Assembly (NCBI GenBank): GCA_965224465.1
Contig: OZ245049.1
Location: forward strand, 1,800,001 to 1,832,000
Length of the DNA: 32,000 nucleotides
Direction of reading: 5' to 3'
Source of the DNA: Flavobacteriaceae bacterium
GTDB lineage: Bacteria; Bacteroidota; Bacteroidia; Flavobacteriales; Flavobacteriaceae
Shown piece by piece: positions 8,251-16,918 of this stretch. The translations under genes were made by a program, and so were the position numbers. The notes below the pieces were generated by a model. The model searched no databases. It had not been told where the DNA came from and saw nothing but the letters and a program-made list of their open reading frames with translations. Each line of letters starts with the position of its first letter. The stretch's first letter is position 1.

Positions 8251-9150
8251 TTAATAATTCCACATATCCAATTCTTTGTTACGGATAGCACTTTTAATTT
8301 TTTCAGAAGCCAAGACTTGAAACAATGCGTTTCCTTTTACATATTCAGAAACATCTCTATTTCCATACATATTCTCTTCTCTATAAATGATATAACTAAA
8401 TCTACGTGCATTTAACAAATGATCGTAAGAGATAGGATAAGCTGAGTTTTTTTGATTAAAAACCTTCATGTTATGCAATGTTTTTCTTGCATTAGGATAA
8501 AACACCCAGAACAGCGGTAATTGCTCCGCAAGATCTACATCTTCTCTTCCCATCAATTGAACATCTGGAGCCACTGGAGCCAATGCTAACAAACGATATT
8601 TAAGTTCGCCTTGACGTTTATCAAAATACCATAAGCCTTTTAATTTATACCCTTCTATATCTTGAGAAGTTAAATCAATACGGTCAATGTATTCATCAAT
8701 ATTAGTATTACCAGCATTCAGTTCATCAATACCAGCGTCTGTTGTATCAATCCGAGATAATCTTGAAATTATCTCTTTTTTCGCAAGCTTCGAGGTAAAG
8801 TATGAATCATCATACACTTCATCAATATCACCGCTTCGAATCCCTCTTAATAAGGTATCAAACAATGAACGACGATCTTTGTCCACACTTGTAGTATCAA
8901 TTGGGTAATAATACGGCAAATTGATACGCTCATTCAAATCAATATACTCCCAAACCACTTTTGACCACATCACATCTCTATCATCAATAAAACCATATTC
9001 TAATGGTTTGTCATTGTCTGTAGCCAATTGCTCCTTGGTTTTTTTACCAATGTCTGAGGGCTTTGTTGCATTTAGCAAATTTGATTGTGCATTTGACACA
9101 AATGCTACCAAGACTACTAACAAAAAAGTTGCAAAACCGTTCCTTCTCAT
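8251..9150 (-). CDS. gldN: Gliding motility / type IX secretion protein GldN (PorN family)
   Basis: Signal peptide MRRNGFATFLLVVLVAFVSNAQ. 299 aa. Last gene of the conserved gldK-L-M-N order, 23 nt after gldM. Confidence 0.85.
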   Translation of the reverse strand: MRRNGFATFLLVVLVAFVSNAQSNLLNATKPSDIGKKTKEQLATDNDKPLEYGFIDDRDVMWSKVVWEYIDLNERINLPYYYPIDTTSVDKDRRSLFDTLLRGIRSGDIDEVYDDSYFTSKLAKKEIISRLSRIDTTDAGIDELNAGNTNIDEYIDRIDLTSQDIEGYKLKGLWYFDKRQGELKYRLLALAPVAPDVQLMGREDVDLAEQLPLFWVFYPNARKTLHNMKVFNQKNSAYPISYDHLLNARRFSYIIYREENMYGNRDVSEYVKGNALFQVLASEKIKSAIRNKELDMWNY

Positions 9151-9173
9151 AATTATAACCTATTTAAATAATA

Positions 9174-10718
9174 TTATTGTACTTCTATACTTACAGGAGC
9201 TGCCGTTTTTATACGGTAACCTCCTCCTCCAACTAGTTTCGATTTCACATCAAATATTGATATGATATCTCCTCTTTTTGCTTTACTTATTGCTTTTCTT
9301 GCCTGTCCATTCATTCGGTTACCTTTTACAGTAACTGTAGATTGACCAGGTACGCGAATTTTAAATGATGTTGTTGTCAACTTCAAGTCAAACACAAAAT
9401 CTGGTAAAGAAACACCTATTGTGGCTTTACCTATACTTGTTTTAGGCATTTTAAACATCCCACTCTGCTTACGAACTGTAGATACAGGCGACGGAATATC
9501 TTTAATTCTAAAAGACATAGAACTGGACACATTATCACCACTTGGTAAAGTACCAGATACGCTAATAGTCACTTCCTTTCCTCCTTGAGGACTCATTCTA
9601 TACTTTCCAGATCCTGTTACTTTGGTCAATCCTTTCGCTGTAGCTCTCACTTTATTATCAGGAATACCTGGAATAGAAATGGTCATAGGATTAGCAACCC
9701 CACGGTACACTACATTCATTTTATCTGCTGAGATCACCGCTCCATTTGGTTTTGGAATCACAGCATACGAACTTTGAATTGGAATTTCAACAGGTTCATT
9801 ATTTTCCATGAAAATAAATTTACCCTTGATGGTATTTTCTCCAACTCTACCAACTCTAAAACTCAAATTAACTTGCCCAGCTTGAATCGCGCTTTCTGGT
9901 ATTTTACGACCGTTTACGATAACACTCTCAGCTCTTAAAGTAGGATCATTTTTACCGAGATATATTTTCCCTTTAAAAGTTTCTCCTTCAAAAAACGCCG
10001 TTTTATCTGCTACAACAATAGCCTGATAATTAGACATAGAAACATCACTTTCCATTTGATCACCTAGCAACGTTTCATAAATTTCCGCTTCCGTAAATTT
10101 AATATTATTTTGCAGTTGTGTAAAGTTAGTTACCGAAGCAATTAAAGGAAACCCTTCAAACTTACTTTTCAACCAGCGTTGCGTCCCTTCCCCTTTAATC
10201 TTAGGATCTGTGGTGTCAAAACGAGCATTTATTGCGTCTGATAGAATTTTTTTAGTTCCAGCTACCGCTAACATTTCTTTTTTATATTCTTCAATTTTAC
10301 TAACAAATTCTAGTCCAGCTTTGGTTATTTTATCACCGTTAAAAAACAGTTGATCCACAACGTCTGAACCATCCATTACTTCAAAATTTTGTTTGTTCTC
10401 TTCCGATAAATTTCTTTTAGCCTTTATCTTTAAATCACCTAAATAGTTATATAAACTTGAAGACAATGCATTTACATTCGATGCTATTTTATATCGATCT
10501 GCAAATTTTTCTGGTTGGTCACTCGCCTTAGTGGCTAATGAACTCAATATTTGTGCGTTTTTTGTAGTAGCCGTTTTGTTTGCGGTCACTAAATTATTAT
10601 TTATATTTCCAAAGGCTGACAATACCTCTTTCCCCATATTTAACGCTAACATTGCGATAAATACTAGGTACATAAGGTTGATCATTTTTTGCCTAGATGA
10701 AAGTTTTCCTCCTGCCAT
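9174..10718 (-). CDS. gldM: Gliding motility / T9SS protein GldM (PorM family)
   Basis: The N-terminus MAGGKLSSRQKMINLMYLVFIAMLALN (single TM anchor) is the characteristic GldM start. Large periplasmic beta-rich remainder. 514 aa. Confidence 0.9.
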   Translation of the reverse strand: MAGGKLSSRQKMINLMYLVFIAMLALNMGKEVLSAFGNINNNLVTANKTATTKNAQILSSLATKASDQPEKFADRYKIASNVNALSSSLYNYLGDLKIKAKRNLSEENKQNFEVMDGSDVVDQLFFNGDKITKAGLEFVSKIEEYKKEMLAVAGTKKILSDAINARFDTTDPKIKGEGTQRWLKSKFEGFPLIASVTNFTQLQNNIKFTEAEIYETLLGDQMESDVSMSNYQAIVVADKTAFFEGETFKGKIYLGKNDPTLRAESVIVNGRKIPESAIQAGQVNLSFRVGRVGENTIKGKFIFMENNEPVEIPIQSSYAVIPKPNGAVISADKMNVVYRGVANPMTISIPGIPDNKVRATAKGLTKVTGSGKYRMSPQGGKEVTISVSGTLPSGDNVSSSMSFRIKDIPSPVSTVRKQSGMFKMPKTSIGKATIGVSLPDFVFDLKLTTTSFKIRVPGQSTVTVKGNRMNGQARKAISKAKRGDIISIFDVKSKLVGGGGYRIKTAAPVSIEVQ

Positions 10719-10750
10719 AATTAATTAGTTTTAGGTTTTATGATTACTAA

Positions 10751-11410
10751 TTAATTTTTACTAGACATAGCGGTTAACATACCTCCATAAACACCGTTCA
10801 AAGAAGATAAGTTATTTGTTAGCGCTTCCATTTGAGCTTGCAATTTCTCTGCATTTCCAGCAAACTGAGAATTTATATCCGTTTGACGAGCAGTACTTTC
10901 TAATTGTACTTTATACAGACTATTCAAGGATTCCATTTGTGCAGATGCCAATGATAATTGTTCCGTGTATTTGGTAGTTGCTGCAATAGAATCAACTGCT
11001 GGTGCAATATTTTCTGCTGCTCCTTTAAAGCTCATGATACTTGTAGATAAACTAGTCATTACACTCGCATCTAATTTTGCTTCAATAAGCATCTCATCCA
11101 ATTTCTGAGACAATAATCCTTGAGCTTCACTTGCTTGGTTATTATCGATTGCTTTTTGAGCGCCTCCAGATAATTCTGGATACACCAATGACCAATCCAG
11201 ATCTTCATCTACAGATTCAAATGCTGAAACAAAAAAGATCAGGGCTTCTGCAATTAATCCGATAGCCAATAAGGTACCTCCTCCAATAGTAACACCTGCA
11301 ATATCTACTTTCCAGTGCAAAATCTTGAATAATGCTCCTAGAATTACAATTGCGGCTCCAAAATTGTAAGCCATATTAAATGCTTTCTTAATTGTCTTTG
11401 ACTGTGCCAT
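10751..11410 (-). CDS. gldL: Gliding motility / T9SS motor protein GldL (PorL family)
   Basis: MAQSKTIKKAFNMAYNFGAAIVILGALFKILHWK, then a second TM helix (LLAIGLIAEALIFFVSAFE), then a helical cytoplasmic domain. 219 aa. Confidence 0.9.
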   Translation of the reverse strand: MAQSKTIKKAFNMAYNFGAAIVILGALFKILHWKVDIAGVTIGGGTLLAIGLIAEALIFFVSAFESVDEDLDWSLVYPELSGGAQKAIDNNQASEAQGLLSQKLDEMLIEAKLDASVMTSLSTSIMSFKGAAENIAPAVDSIAATTKYTEQLSLASAQMESLNSLYKVQLESTARQTDINSQFAGNAEKLQAQMEALTNNLSSLNGVYGGMLTAMSSKN

Positions 11411-11417
11411 ATTTATT

Positions 11418-11453
11418 AGTTGATTTAGTTGATTTAATTGATTTTATTGATTT
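11418..11453 (-). repeat. 4 x 9-nt tandem repeat in the gldK-gldL spacer (mRNA sense AAAUCAAUA AAAUCAAUU AAAUCAACU AAAUCAACU)
   Basis: The plus strand reads AGTTGATTT AGTTGATTT AATTGATTT TATTGATTT without gaps. The repeat ends 7 nt before the gldL ATG. Confidence 0.85.
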
Positions 11454-11463
11454 GGGTCTAACT

Positions 11464-12834
11464 TTACTTACCGTTTAAATTGGTCCCTAAATGATCTTGA
11501 ACAGTTCTAAACCCGATATAACTACGAGCAGAATCTGCATATTCATAATCTCTTGTACTCACTTCTAAGAAAAACGCGACATCTTTCCATGATCCTCCTC
11601 TGATTACTTTTCTTTTATTTTTCATGTCCTCTACATTTGGATTCATTGTAGATCCAATATAGTACGATCCTTCATTAAAAGCAGTATTTGTCCATTCAGA
11701 AACATTCCCTGCCATATTATACAATCCATAATCGTTCATATTATAGGATTGTGCTTCCATTGTATACAAGGCTCCATCCACAGCATAATCACCTCTACTT
11801 GGTTTAAAGTTAGCCAAGAAACAACCTCTATCTGTAGTGGTGTAAGGCCCTCCCCAAGGATATTGCGCGTATTGCAAACCTCCTCTAGCTGCATATTCCC
11901 ACTCTGCCTCTGTAGGCAATCTAAAGTAAGGTACAGAACTAGGATTTTTCTTTGATTTCAAGAAATCGTTTTTCTTCTTGGTTCTCCAACTACAAAATGC
12001 TTTGGCTTGATTCCAAGCGATTCCTACCACTGGATAATCATTATATGCCTCGTGGAAAAAATAATCTTGGTGCATTGGATCATTGTAAGAGTAATTAAAA
12101 TCTTTTACCCATACCGTTGTATCAGGATACACCTTTACTGTTTCGGATTTGATAAAATCTTTACGATTTCCACTAGTACGAGCTGCATCATCACGATTCA
12201 ACCAGTAATATTTATATTGTAATTTATCTGTATCCAATAATCGTCTACCGTCAAAACTGTTTTCCAAGTTTACATACATAGTATCCATAATCTCAGCATA
12301 ATACACATCTGGAAAATCTTTGGTTGCCCAAACTAGATCTTCGTCCCAGTTTAAGGCACGTCCCATGGTAGGTGAATTTACATCTCCATAGCTCCCATAG
12401 TTATTCATCATGTATTTTTGATAAGGAGTCATATCTGCAGTGTCTAACACTTTAAATTGGTAGTCTTCTAGGACACCTTCCTTTTCACCTGCACCGTCTC
12501 CGTTCATTTCATCAGCTAAAATAGCCAATTTGGTTCGGACAATTGAATCACGTACCCAATGTACAAATTCTTTATACTCACTATTGGTGATTTCAGTTTC
12601 ATCCATATAAAACGGACGCACTGTTACGGTTCTAGTAGGTGCATTAAATGCGCCTGCTATGTCCTCACTTTGTTTCCCCATAGTGAATGAACCACCCGGG
12701 ATTAGGGACATACCATAAGGTTTCATGGAATACCATTTACTTTTGGTCTTTACTCCCACTAACTCTCCTTGATCGTTAGAGCCACAGCTATACAATACTG
12801 AGACAAGTACAATAAATATTGCAATTTTCTTCAT
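11464..12834 (-). CDS. gldK: Gliding motility / T9SS lipoprotein GldK (PorK family, FGE-sulfatase fold), 456 aa
   Basis: Start taken at Met67 of the track ORF, giving the lipoprotein signal MKKIAIFIVLVSVLYSCGS. The longer ORF would overlap the upstream gene. FGE/SUMF1-type motifs are present (YGLYNMAGNVSEWT, RGGSWKD). A near-consensus -7 box TCAATTTG lies on the minus strand at 12852-12859. Confidence 0.9.
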   Translation of the reverse strand: MKKIAIFIVLVSVLYSCGSNDQGELVGVKTKSKWYSMKPYGMSLIPGGSFTMGKQSEDIAGAFNAPTRTVTVRPFYMDETEITNSEYKEFVHWVRDSIVRTKLAILADEMNGDGAGEKEGVLEDYQFKVLDTADMTPYQKYMMNNYGSYGDVNSPTMGRALNWDEDLVWATKDFPDVYYAEIMDTMYVNLENSFDGRRLLDTDKLQYKYYWLNRDDAARTSGNRKDFIKSETVKVYPDTTVWVKDFNYSYNDPMHQDYFFHEAYNDYPVVGIAWNQAKAFCSWRTKKKNDFLKSKKNPSSVPYFRLPTEAEWEYAARGGLQYAQYPWGGPYTTTDRGCFLANFKPSRGDYAVDGALYTMEAQSYNMNDYGLYNMAGNVSEWTNTAFNEGSYYIGSTMNPNVEDMKNKRKVIRGGSWKDVAFFLEVSTRDYEYADSARSYIGFRTVQDHLGTNLNGK

Positions 12835-12950
12835 AATTACATGTTTCTTTTCAAATTGAGGTAATACGTTTGATATCAATTTATCTATCTGTTTGGTTAT
12901 TCTGTTAAACAACATCTGGTTAACTTTATTGTACATAATACTGTTTTTAT

Positions 12951-14111
12951 TTAAGTCAACTTTTGACAAGCTTTCATCCATCTTTCGGGAAGTTCCTGAT
13001 TTGTTGCGCTCAAATAATCTTGATAGGTACAAGGTATTAACGCATGTCTTTTAAATTTATTATTTTCATTCAAATTAATTTCCATCCACCACCGTCCACT
13101 TTTATTACTTTTATAGAAATTCATGGTTTCAGATTCGTTTGGAACCATATATTTTTGATAGTCATCTAAGATTCCAAATGGGTAATCATTGGCTCTATAA
13201 TTTACACCTTCTATAAAATACCAAATCATTTGTGCTATTAATTGCCCGGTGATTTGTTTGTTATCAAGTAAGGCGTTAAACTCATAAATACCAAATGAGG
13301 TAACCTTATCACTTATACCTGCATAGCGAGCTATCGCGCAAGCATCTGTTCCTGAAAGTCCGTTTGGTGTTGCGTTATTATTTGCAGGAGCATCACAATT
13401 TTTAATAGCAGAAATATCAAAACTAACAATATCTGCATCTCTTAAAACAGGTTCTACTACTTCTATATTATTTAGTAATTCTCCCAGTCTATGTGTTTCG
13501 AAATAAAGATTTTCTAGTAAGTCTATTTCATCTTGAGAATTAAAAAAAGTTTGATAGCCTAGATTGCAATAATTAAATAAATTATTGGGTTCGTCCATAA
13601 TAATTCTACTTAAAAACGAGAAAGAATCTATTGGATTATCTATCACTCCTAAATTAAATTTATTATCAACAGACACCAAATTCACCGTTTGTTCCAAGGC
13701 GTCATAGGCTCTATAATTTATATAGGTCAACTCTTGCCCGCCTCCTATAATAACAGGTATAATTCCTTTTTTCAATAACGATGAAAGAATGGATTTTACA
13801 GCAAAATACGTATCCGCAACGGTATCTCCTGGGATTACATCACCTATATCTGCAATTTTCACGCCCCAATTCCCAGGGAACATGGCATACAAATGCTTTC
13901 TTATAGAAGAAAAATCAGTACCTGATTCCTTATTATTCACCGCATTTCTACCTTCGCAAACTCCTACAATGGCAATTTTAACTCCATCCAATATAGGCAT
14001 GCCTTTCCCTTCCGTATGTATTAATAACATTTGGGACAGGTTATCACCTAAAATTTGTTCAGAAAAATTTAAATCACCAGTGTTTACTGGTTTTAAAAAG
14101 TCTAATTCCAT
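12951..14111 (-). CDS. Arginase / formimidoylglutamase-fold protein with substituted metal-ligand motifs (possible pseudoenzyme) and ~90-aa C-terminal extension
   Basis: The three arginase-family blocks are recognisable but altered. VIIGGGQEL replaces GGDHS. VSVDNKFN replaces DAHxD. VSFDISAIKNCDAPANNNATPNGLS replaces SxDxDxxDP..APGTGTP..GGL. Confidence 0.7.
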   Translation of the reverse strand: MELDFLKPVNTGDLNFSEQILGDNLSQMLLIHTEGKGMPILDGVKIAIVGVCEGRNAVNNKESGTDFSSIRKHLYAMFPGNWGVKIADIGDVIPGDTVADTYFAVKSILSSLLKKGIIPVIIGGGQELTYINYRAYDALEQTVNLVSVDNKFNLGVIDNPIDSFSFLSRIIMDEPNNLFNYCNLGYQTFFNSQDEIDLLENLYFETHRLGELLNNIEVVEPVLRDADIVSFDISAIKNCDAPANNNATPNGLSGTDACAIARYAGISDKVTSFGIYEFNALLDNKQITGQLIAQMIWYFIEGVNYRANDYPFGILDDYQKYMVPNESETMNFYKSNKSGRWWMEINLNENNKFKRHALIPCTYQDYLSATNQELPERWMKACQKLT

Positions 14112-14166
14112 GGTATCATCGAGGGGGTCAATTCTATAATCAAATGCAATATAACAATATTTAATT

Positions 14167-16701
14167 CTATTTAGCCTTCGATTTTACACTTTTCTTTTTA
14201 CTTACTGTTTTCTTCTTGGCTGCTGGCTTCTTTTTTACAGCTGCTTTTTTCTTTTTCGGGGCATTTTTCTCAATGATAGCTTGCACCTCTTCTAGTGTTA
14301 AAGCTTTTGCATCTGTAGTTTTAGGCATTTCGATCTTTACTTTACCTTTTAAGATATTAAATCTTCCCCAACGTGCCTTTTCTACGCGGATACCTTCTTC
14401 TTCCCAATTGTGGATTACTTTTTCTATTTCTTTACGTTTCTTATCTTCGATAAGGGCGGTAATATCTTCAAAACTTAAAGTATCGTAATCGTATTTTTTA
14501 TTTACGTTGATAAACATTCCGTTCCATTTTATAAATGGACCAAAACGTCCTACACCTTTCTGAACTGGTAATTCCTCATAAGTAGCAATAGGCGCATCTG
14601 CTAATTGTTTTGCTTTAATTAATTCTACGGCACGCTCATAGTCTACGTCCATTGGATTTTCATCTTTAGGAATAGACACATACATGGTATCAAATTTCAC
14701 ATAAGGACCAAATCTACCATTAGCAACAGTTACTTCGTGTCCTTCAAATTCTCCTACCGTTTTAGGCAACTGAAATAAATCCATTGCTTCTTCATAGGTA
14801 ATAGAACTCAGTGTCTGACTCGGTTGTAAGCTTGCAAACTTTGGTTTTTCTTCATCTGTTGCTTCCCCTATTTGTACCATCACTCCAAAGCGTCCCAAAC
14901 GTACATATACATTTTTACCGCTTTCTGGATCTACCCCTAGCAATCGTTCACCTTTTGCACGTTCCGCATTTGCTGCTACATCAACAACCAGCGGATGAAA
15001 TGTATTGTAAAACTCTTTAATCATAGCAGTCCAATCTTCTTTTCCTGCTGCAATTTCATCAAAATCAGCTTCTACCCTTGCTGTAAATCCAAAATCCAAT
15101 ACATCTGAAAAATTAGCTACTAAGAAATCGTTGACAATATTCCCAATATCTGTAGGGATTAATTTGCCTTTATCTGAACCTACTTTTTCTGTCAATGTTT
15201 TGTCAGAAATATCTGATTTCATTAACATCAATTGATTGTAATCTCTCTCCTTGCCTTCTATGGCTCCTTTCTCAACATATTCTCTACGTAAAATAGTAGA
15301 AATAGTAGGTGCATAAGTAGAAGGTCTACCAATACCCAATTCCTCTAATTTCTTTACCAGTGATGCTTCTGTAAATCGATATGGTGCTTTTGAATAACGC
15401 TCCGTAGCTGAAATAAACTGCACATCCAAAGTCTCTGCAACTTTCAAACGCGGCAACATTCCTGCTTGTTCTTCTTCTTCATTATCTGTTCCTTCTAAGT
15501 ATACTTTTAAGAAACCATCAAATTTTATCATTTCACCGTTGGCAGAAAACAACAATTTATTCTGATTATTTTTTACTTTTACATTGGTGCGTTCCAGTTG
15601 TGCATCACTCATTTGCGATGCCACAGTACGTTTCCAAATAAGGCTGTACAAACGGTCTTGGTCATAATCTACAGACACCGAGTGAAGACTCATATCGGTA
15701 GGTCTGATCGCCTCATGCGCTTCTTGTGCTCCTTTTGTTTTATTTTTAAAATCTCTTGGAAAGCTATATTCTTTGCCATAAGAATCTGTGATTTCTAAGG
15801 CTGCAGCAGTTTTTGCATCATTGGACAAATTCACACTATCGGTTCTCATATAAGTAATCAAACCTGCTTCGTATAATCGTTGTGCCATTGTCATCGTCTT
15901 AGACACAGAAAAATACAATTTACGCGCAGCTTCTTGTTGCAAAGTAGACGTAGTAAATGGAGCAGCAGGAGTTTTCTTGGCAGGTTTTTTGGTTAAATCT
16001 GAAACTTGGAAACTTGCATCCAAACATGACTCTAAAAATTCTTGAGCCTCTTTCTTAGTTTTAAAATTTTTAGGCAAACTCGCTTTTAACTTCTTCCCTT
16101 CTAAGGTTAAAAATTCTGCAATTACTTTATAAGACACTACAGGTTTAAAATCTATAATCTGACGTTCTTGTTCTACAATTAATCGCACAGCTACAGATTG
16201 CACTCTCCCCGCAGACAAACCACCTTTTACCTTTCTCCACAGCACAGGAGAAAGCTCATACCCAACCAAACGGTCTAAAACACGACGTGCTTGTTGTGCA
16301 TTTACAAGGTTATAATCAATTTTCCTTGGGTTTTCTACAGCCTTTAAAATAGCCGACTTTGTAATCTCATGAAAAACAATACGTTTTGTTTTATCATCTG
16401 TCAACTTTAACTGTTCTGACAAATGCCATGCAATTGCCTCTCCCTCCCGGTCCTCATCACTTGCTAACCAAACCATTTCTGCTTTCTTGGCCAAGCTTTT
16501 CAATTTCTTAACCACGGCTTTTTTATCTGGTGAGACTTCGTAATTTGGTAGAAAATCACTATCTACATTAATTCCTATACTTTTCTTGGGTAAATCTGCA
16601 ATATGCCCAAAGCTAGACTCTACTTGAAAGTCTTTTCCTAGAAATTTCTCAATCGTTTTCGCCTTTGCAGGTGACTCAACTATAACTAAATTTTTTGCCA
16701 T
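14167..16701 (-). CDS. topA: DNA topoisomerase I (type IA), 844 aa
   Basis: MAKNLVIVESPAKAKTIEKFLG (Toprim), SDEDREGEAI, the active-site region YMRTDS, Cys-free GRFGP-type C-terminal repeats and a Lys-rich tail. Start taken at Met6 of the track ORF (16701), the canonical TopA N-terminus. Confidence 0.92.
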   Translation of the reverse strand: MAKNLVIVESPAKAKTIEKFLGKDFQVESSFGHIADLPKKSIGINVDSDFLPNYEVSPDKKAVVKKLKSLAKKAEMVWLASDEDREGEAIAWHLSEQLKLTDDKTKRIVFHEITKSAILKAVENPRKIDYNLVNAQQARRVLDRLVGYELSPVLWRKVKGGLSAGRVQSVAVRLIVEQERQIIDFKPVVSYKVIAEFLTLEGKKLKASLPKNFKTKKEAQEFLESCLDASFQVSDLTKKPAKKTPAAPFTTSTLQQEAARKLYFSVSKTMTMAQRLYEAGLITYMRTDSVNLSNDAKTAAALEITDSYGKEYSFPRDFKNKTKGAQEAHEAIRPTDMSLHSVSVDYDQDRLYSLIWKRTVASQMSDAQLERTNVKVKNNQNKLLFSANGEMIKFDGFLKVYLEGTDNEEEEQAGMLPRLKVAETLDVQFISATERYSKAPYRFTEASLVKKLEELGIGRPSTYAPTISTILRREYVEKGAIEGKERDYNQLMLMKSDISDKTLTEKVGSDKGKLIPTDIGNIVNDFLVANFSDVLDFGFTARVEADFDEIAAGKEDWTAMIKEFYNTFHPLVVDVAANAERAKGERLLGVDPESGKNVYVRLGRFGVMVQIGEATDEEKPKFASLQPSQTLSSITYEEAMDLFQLPKTVGEFEGHEVTVANGRFGPYVKFDTMYVSIPKDENPMDVDYERAVELIKAKQLADAPIATYEELPVQKGVGRFGPFIKWNGMFINVNKKYDYDTLSFEDITALIEDKKRKEIEKVIHNWEEEGIRVEKARWGRFNILKGKVKIEMPKTTDAKALTLEEVQAIIEKNAPKKKKAAVKKKPAAKKKTVSKKKSVKSKAK

Positions 16702-16891
16702 AAATCTATTTTTCAAATGCTTATTTTATTTACTAAAACAAACATATACTATCCAATTCTTAAACATCTACTGAGCGCAAAAGTATACGTTTTTTTTTAA
16801 TATCATATTTTAAGCCTTTATTTTTAATGATTATTTATGAAAATGATTGTTAATTTTCTGCCAACTTGTCATATTTTTAAATATTTGGTTT

Positions 16892-16899
16892 TATCTTTG
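16892..16899 (+). promoter_or_regulatory. Candidate -7 box (TATCTTTG) for miaB
   Basis: Exact TAnnTTTG, 19 nt upstream of the ATG at 16919. TTG at 16866-16868, 23 nt upstream. It lies inside the 24-codon N-terminal extension of the track ORF, which argues for the shorter start. Confidence 0.5.
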
Positions 16900-16918
16900 T
16901 CCAATATTTGAAACGAAC

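Noticed and set aside
8833-8843. GCTTCGAATCC, reminiscent of a tRNA T-arm (GGTTCGAATCC)
   Set aside because: It lies inside the gldN coding sequence. No acceptor, D or anticodon arm complementarity surrounds it.
12835-13032. 66-codon extension of gldK (track ORF 11464..13032)
   Set aside because: It would overlap the 3' end of the upstream arginase-fold gene. The internal Met gives a textbook lipoprotein signal (MKKIAIFIVLVSVLYSC), as expected for GldK.
16847-16918. 24-codon extension of miaB. The same issue applies to the 5-codon extension of topA (16702-16716) and the 42-codon extension of groES (21483-21608).
   Set aside because: The extensions lack homology to the canonical N-termini. 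The miaB extension contains its own candidate promoter. The groES extension starts inside the secG terminator hairpin.
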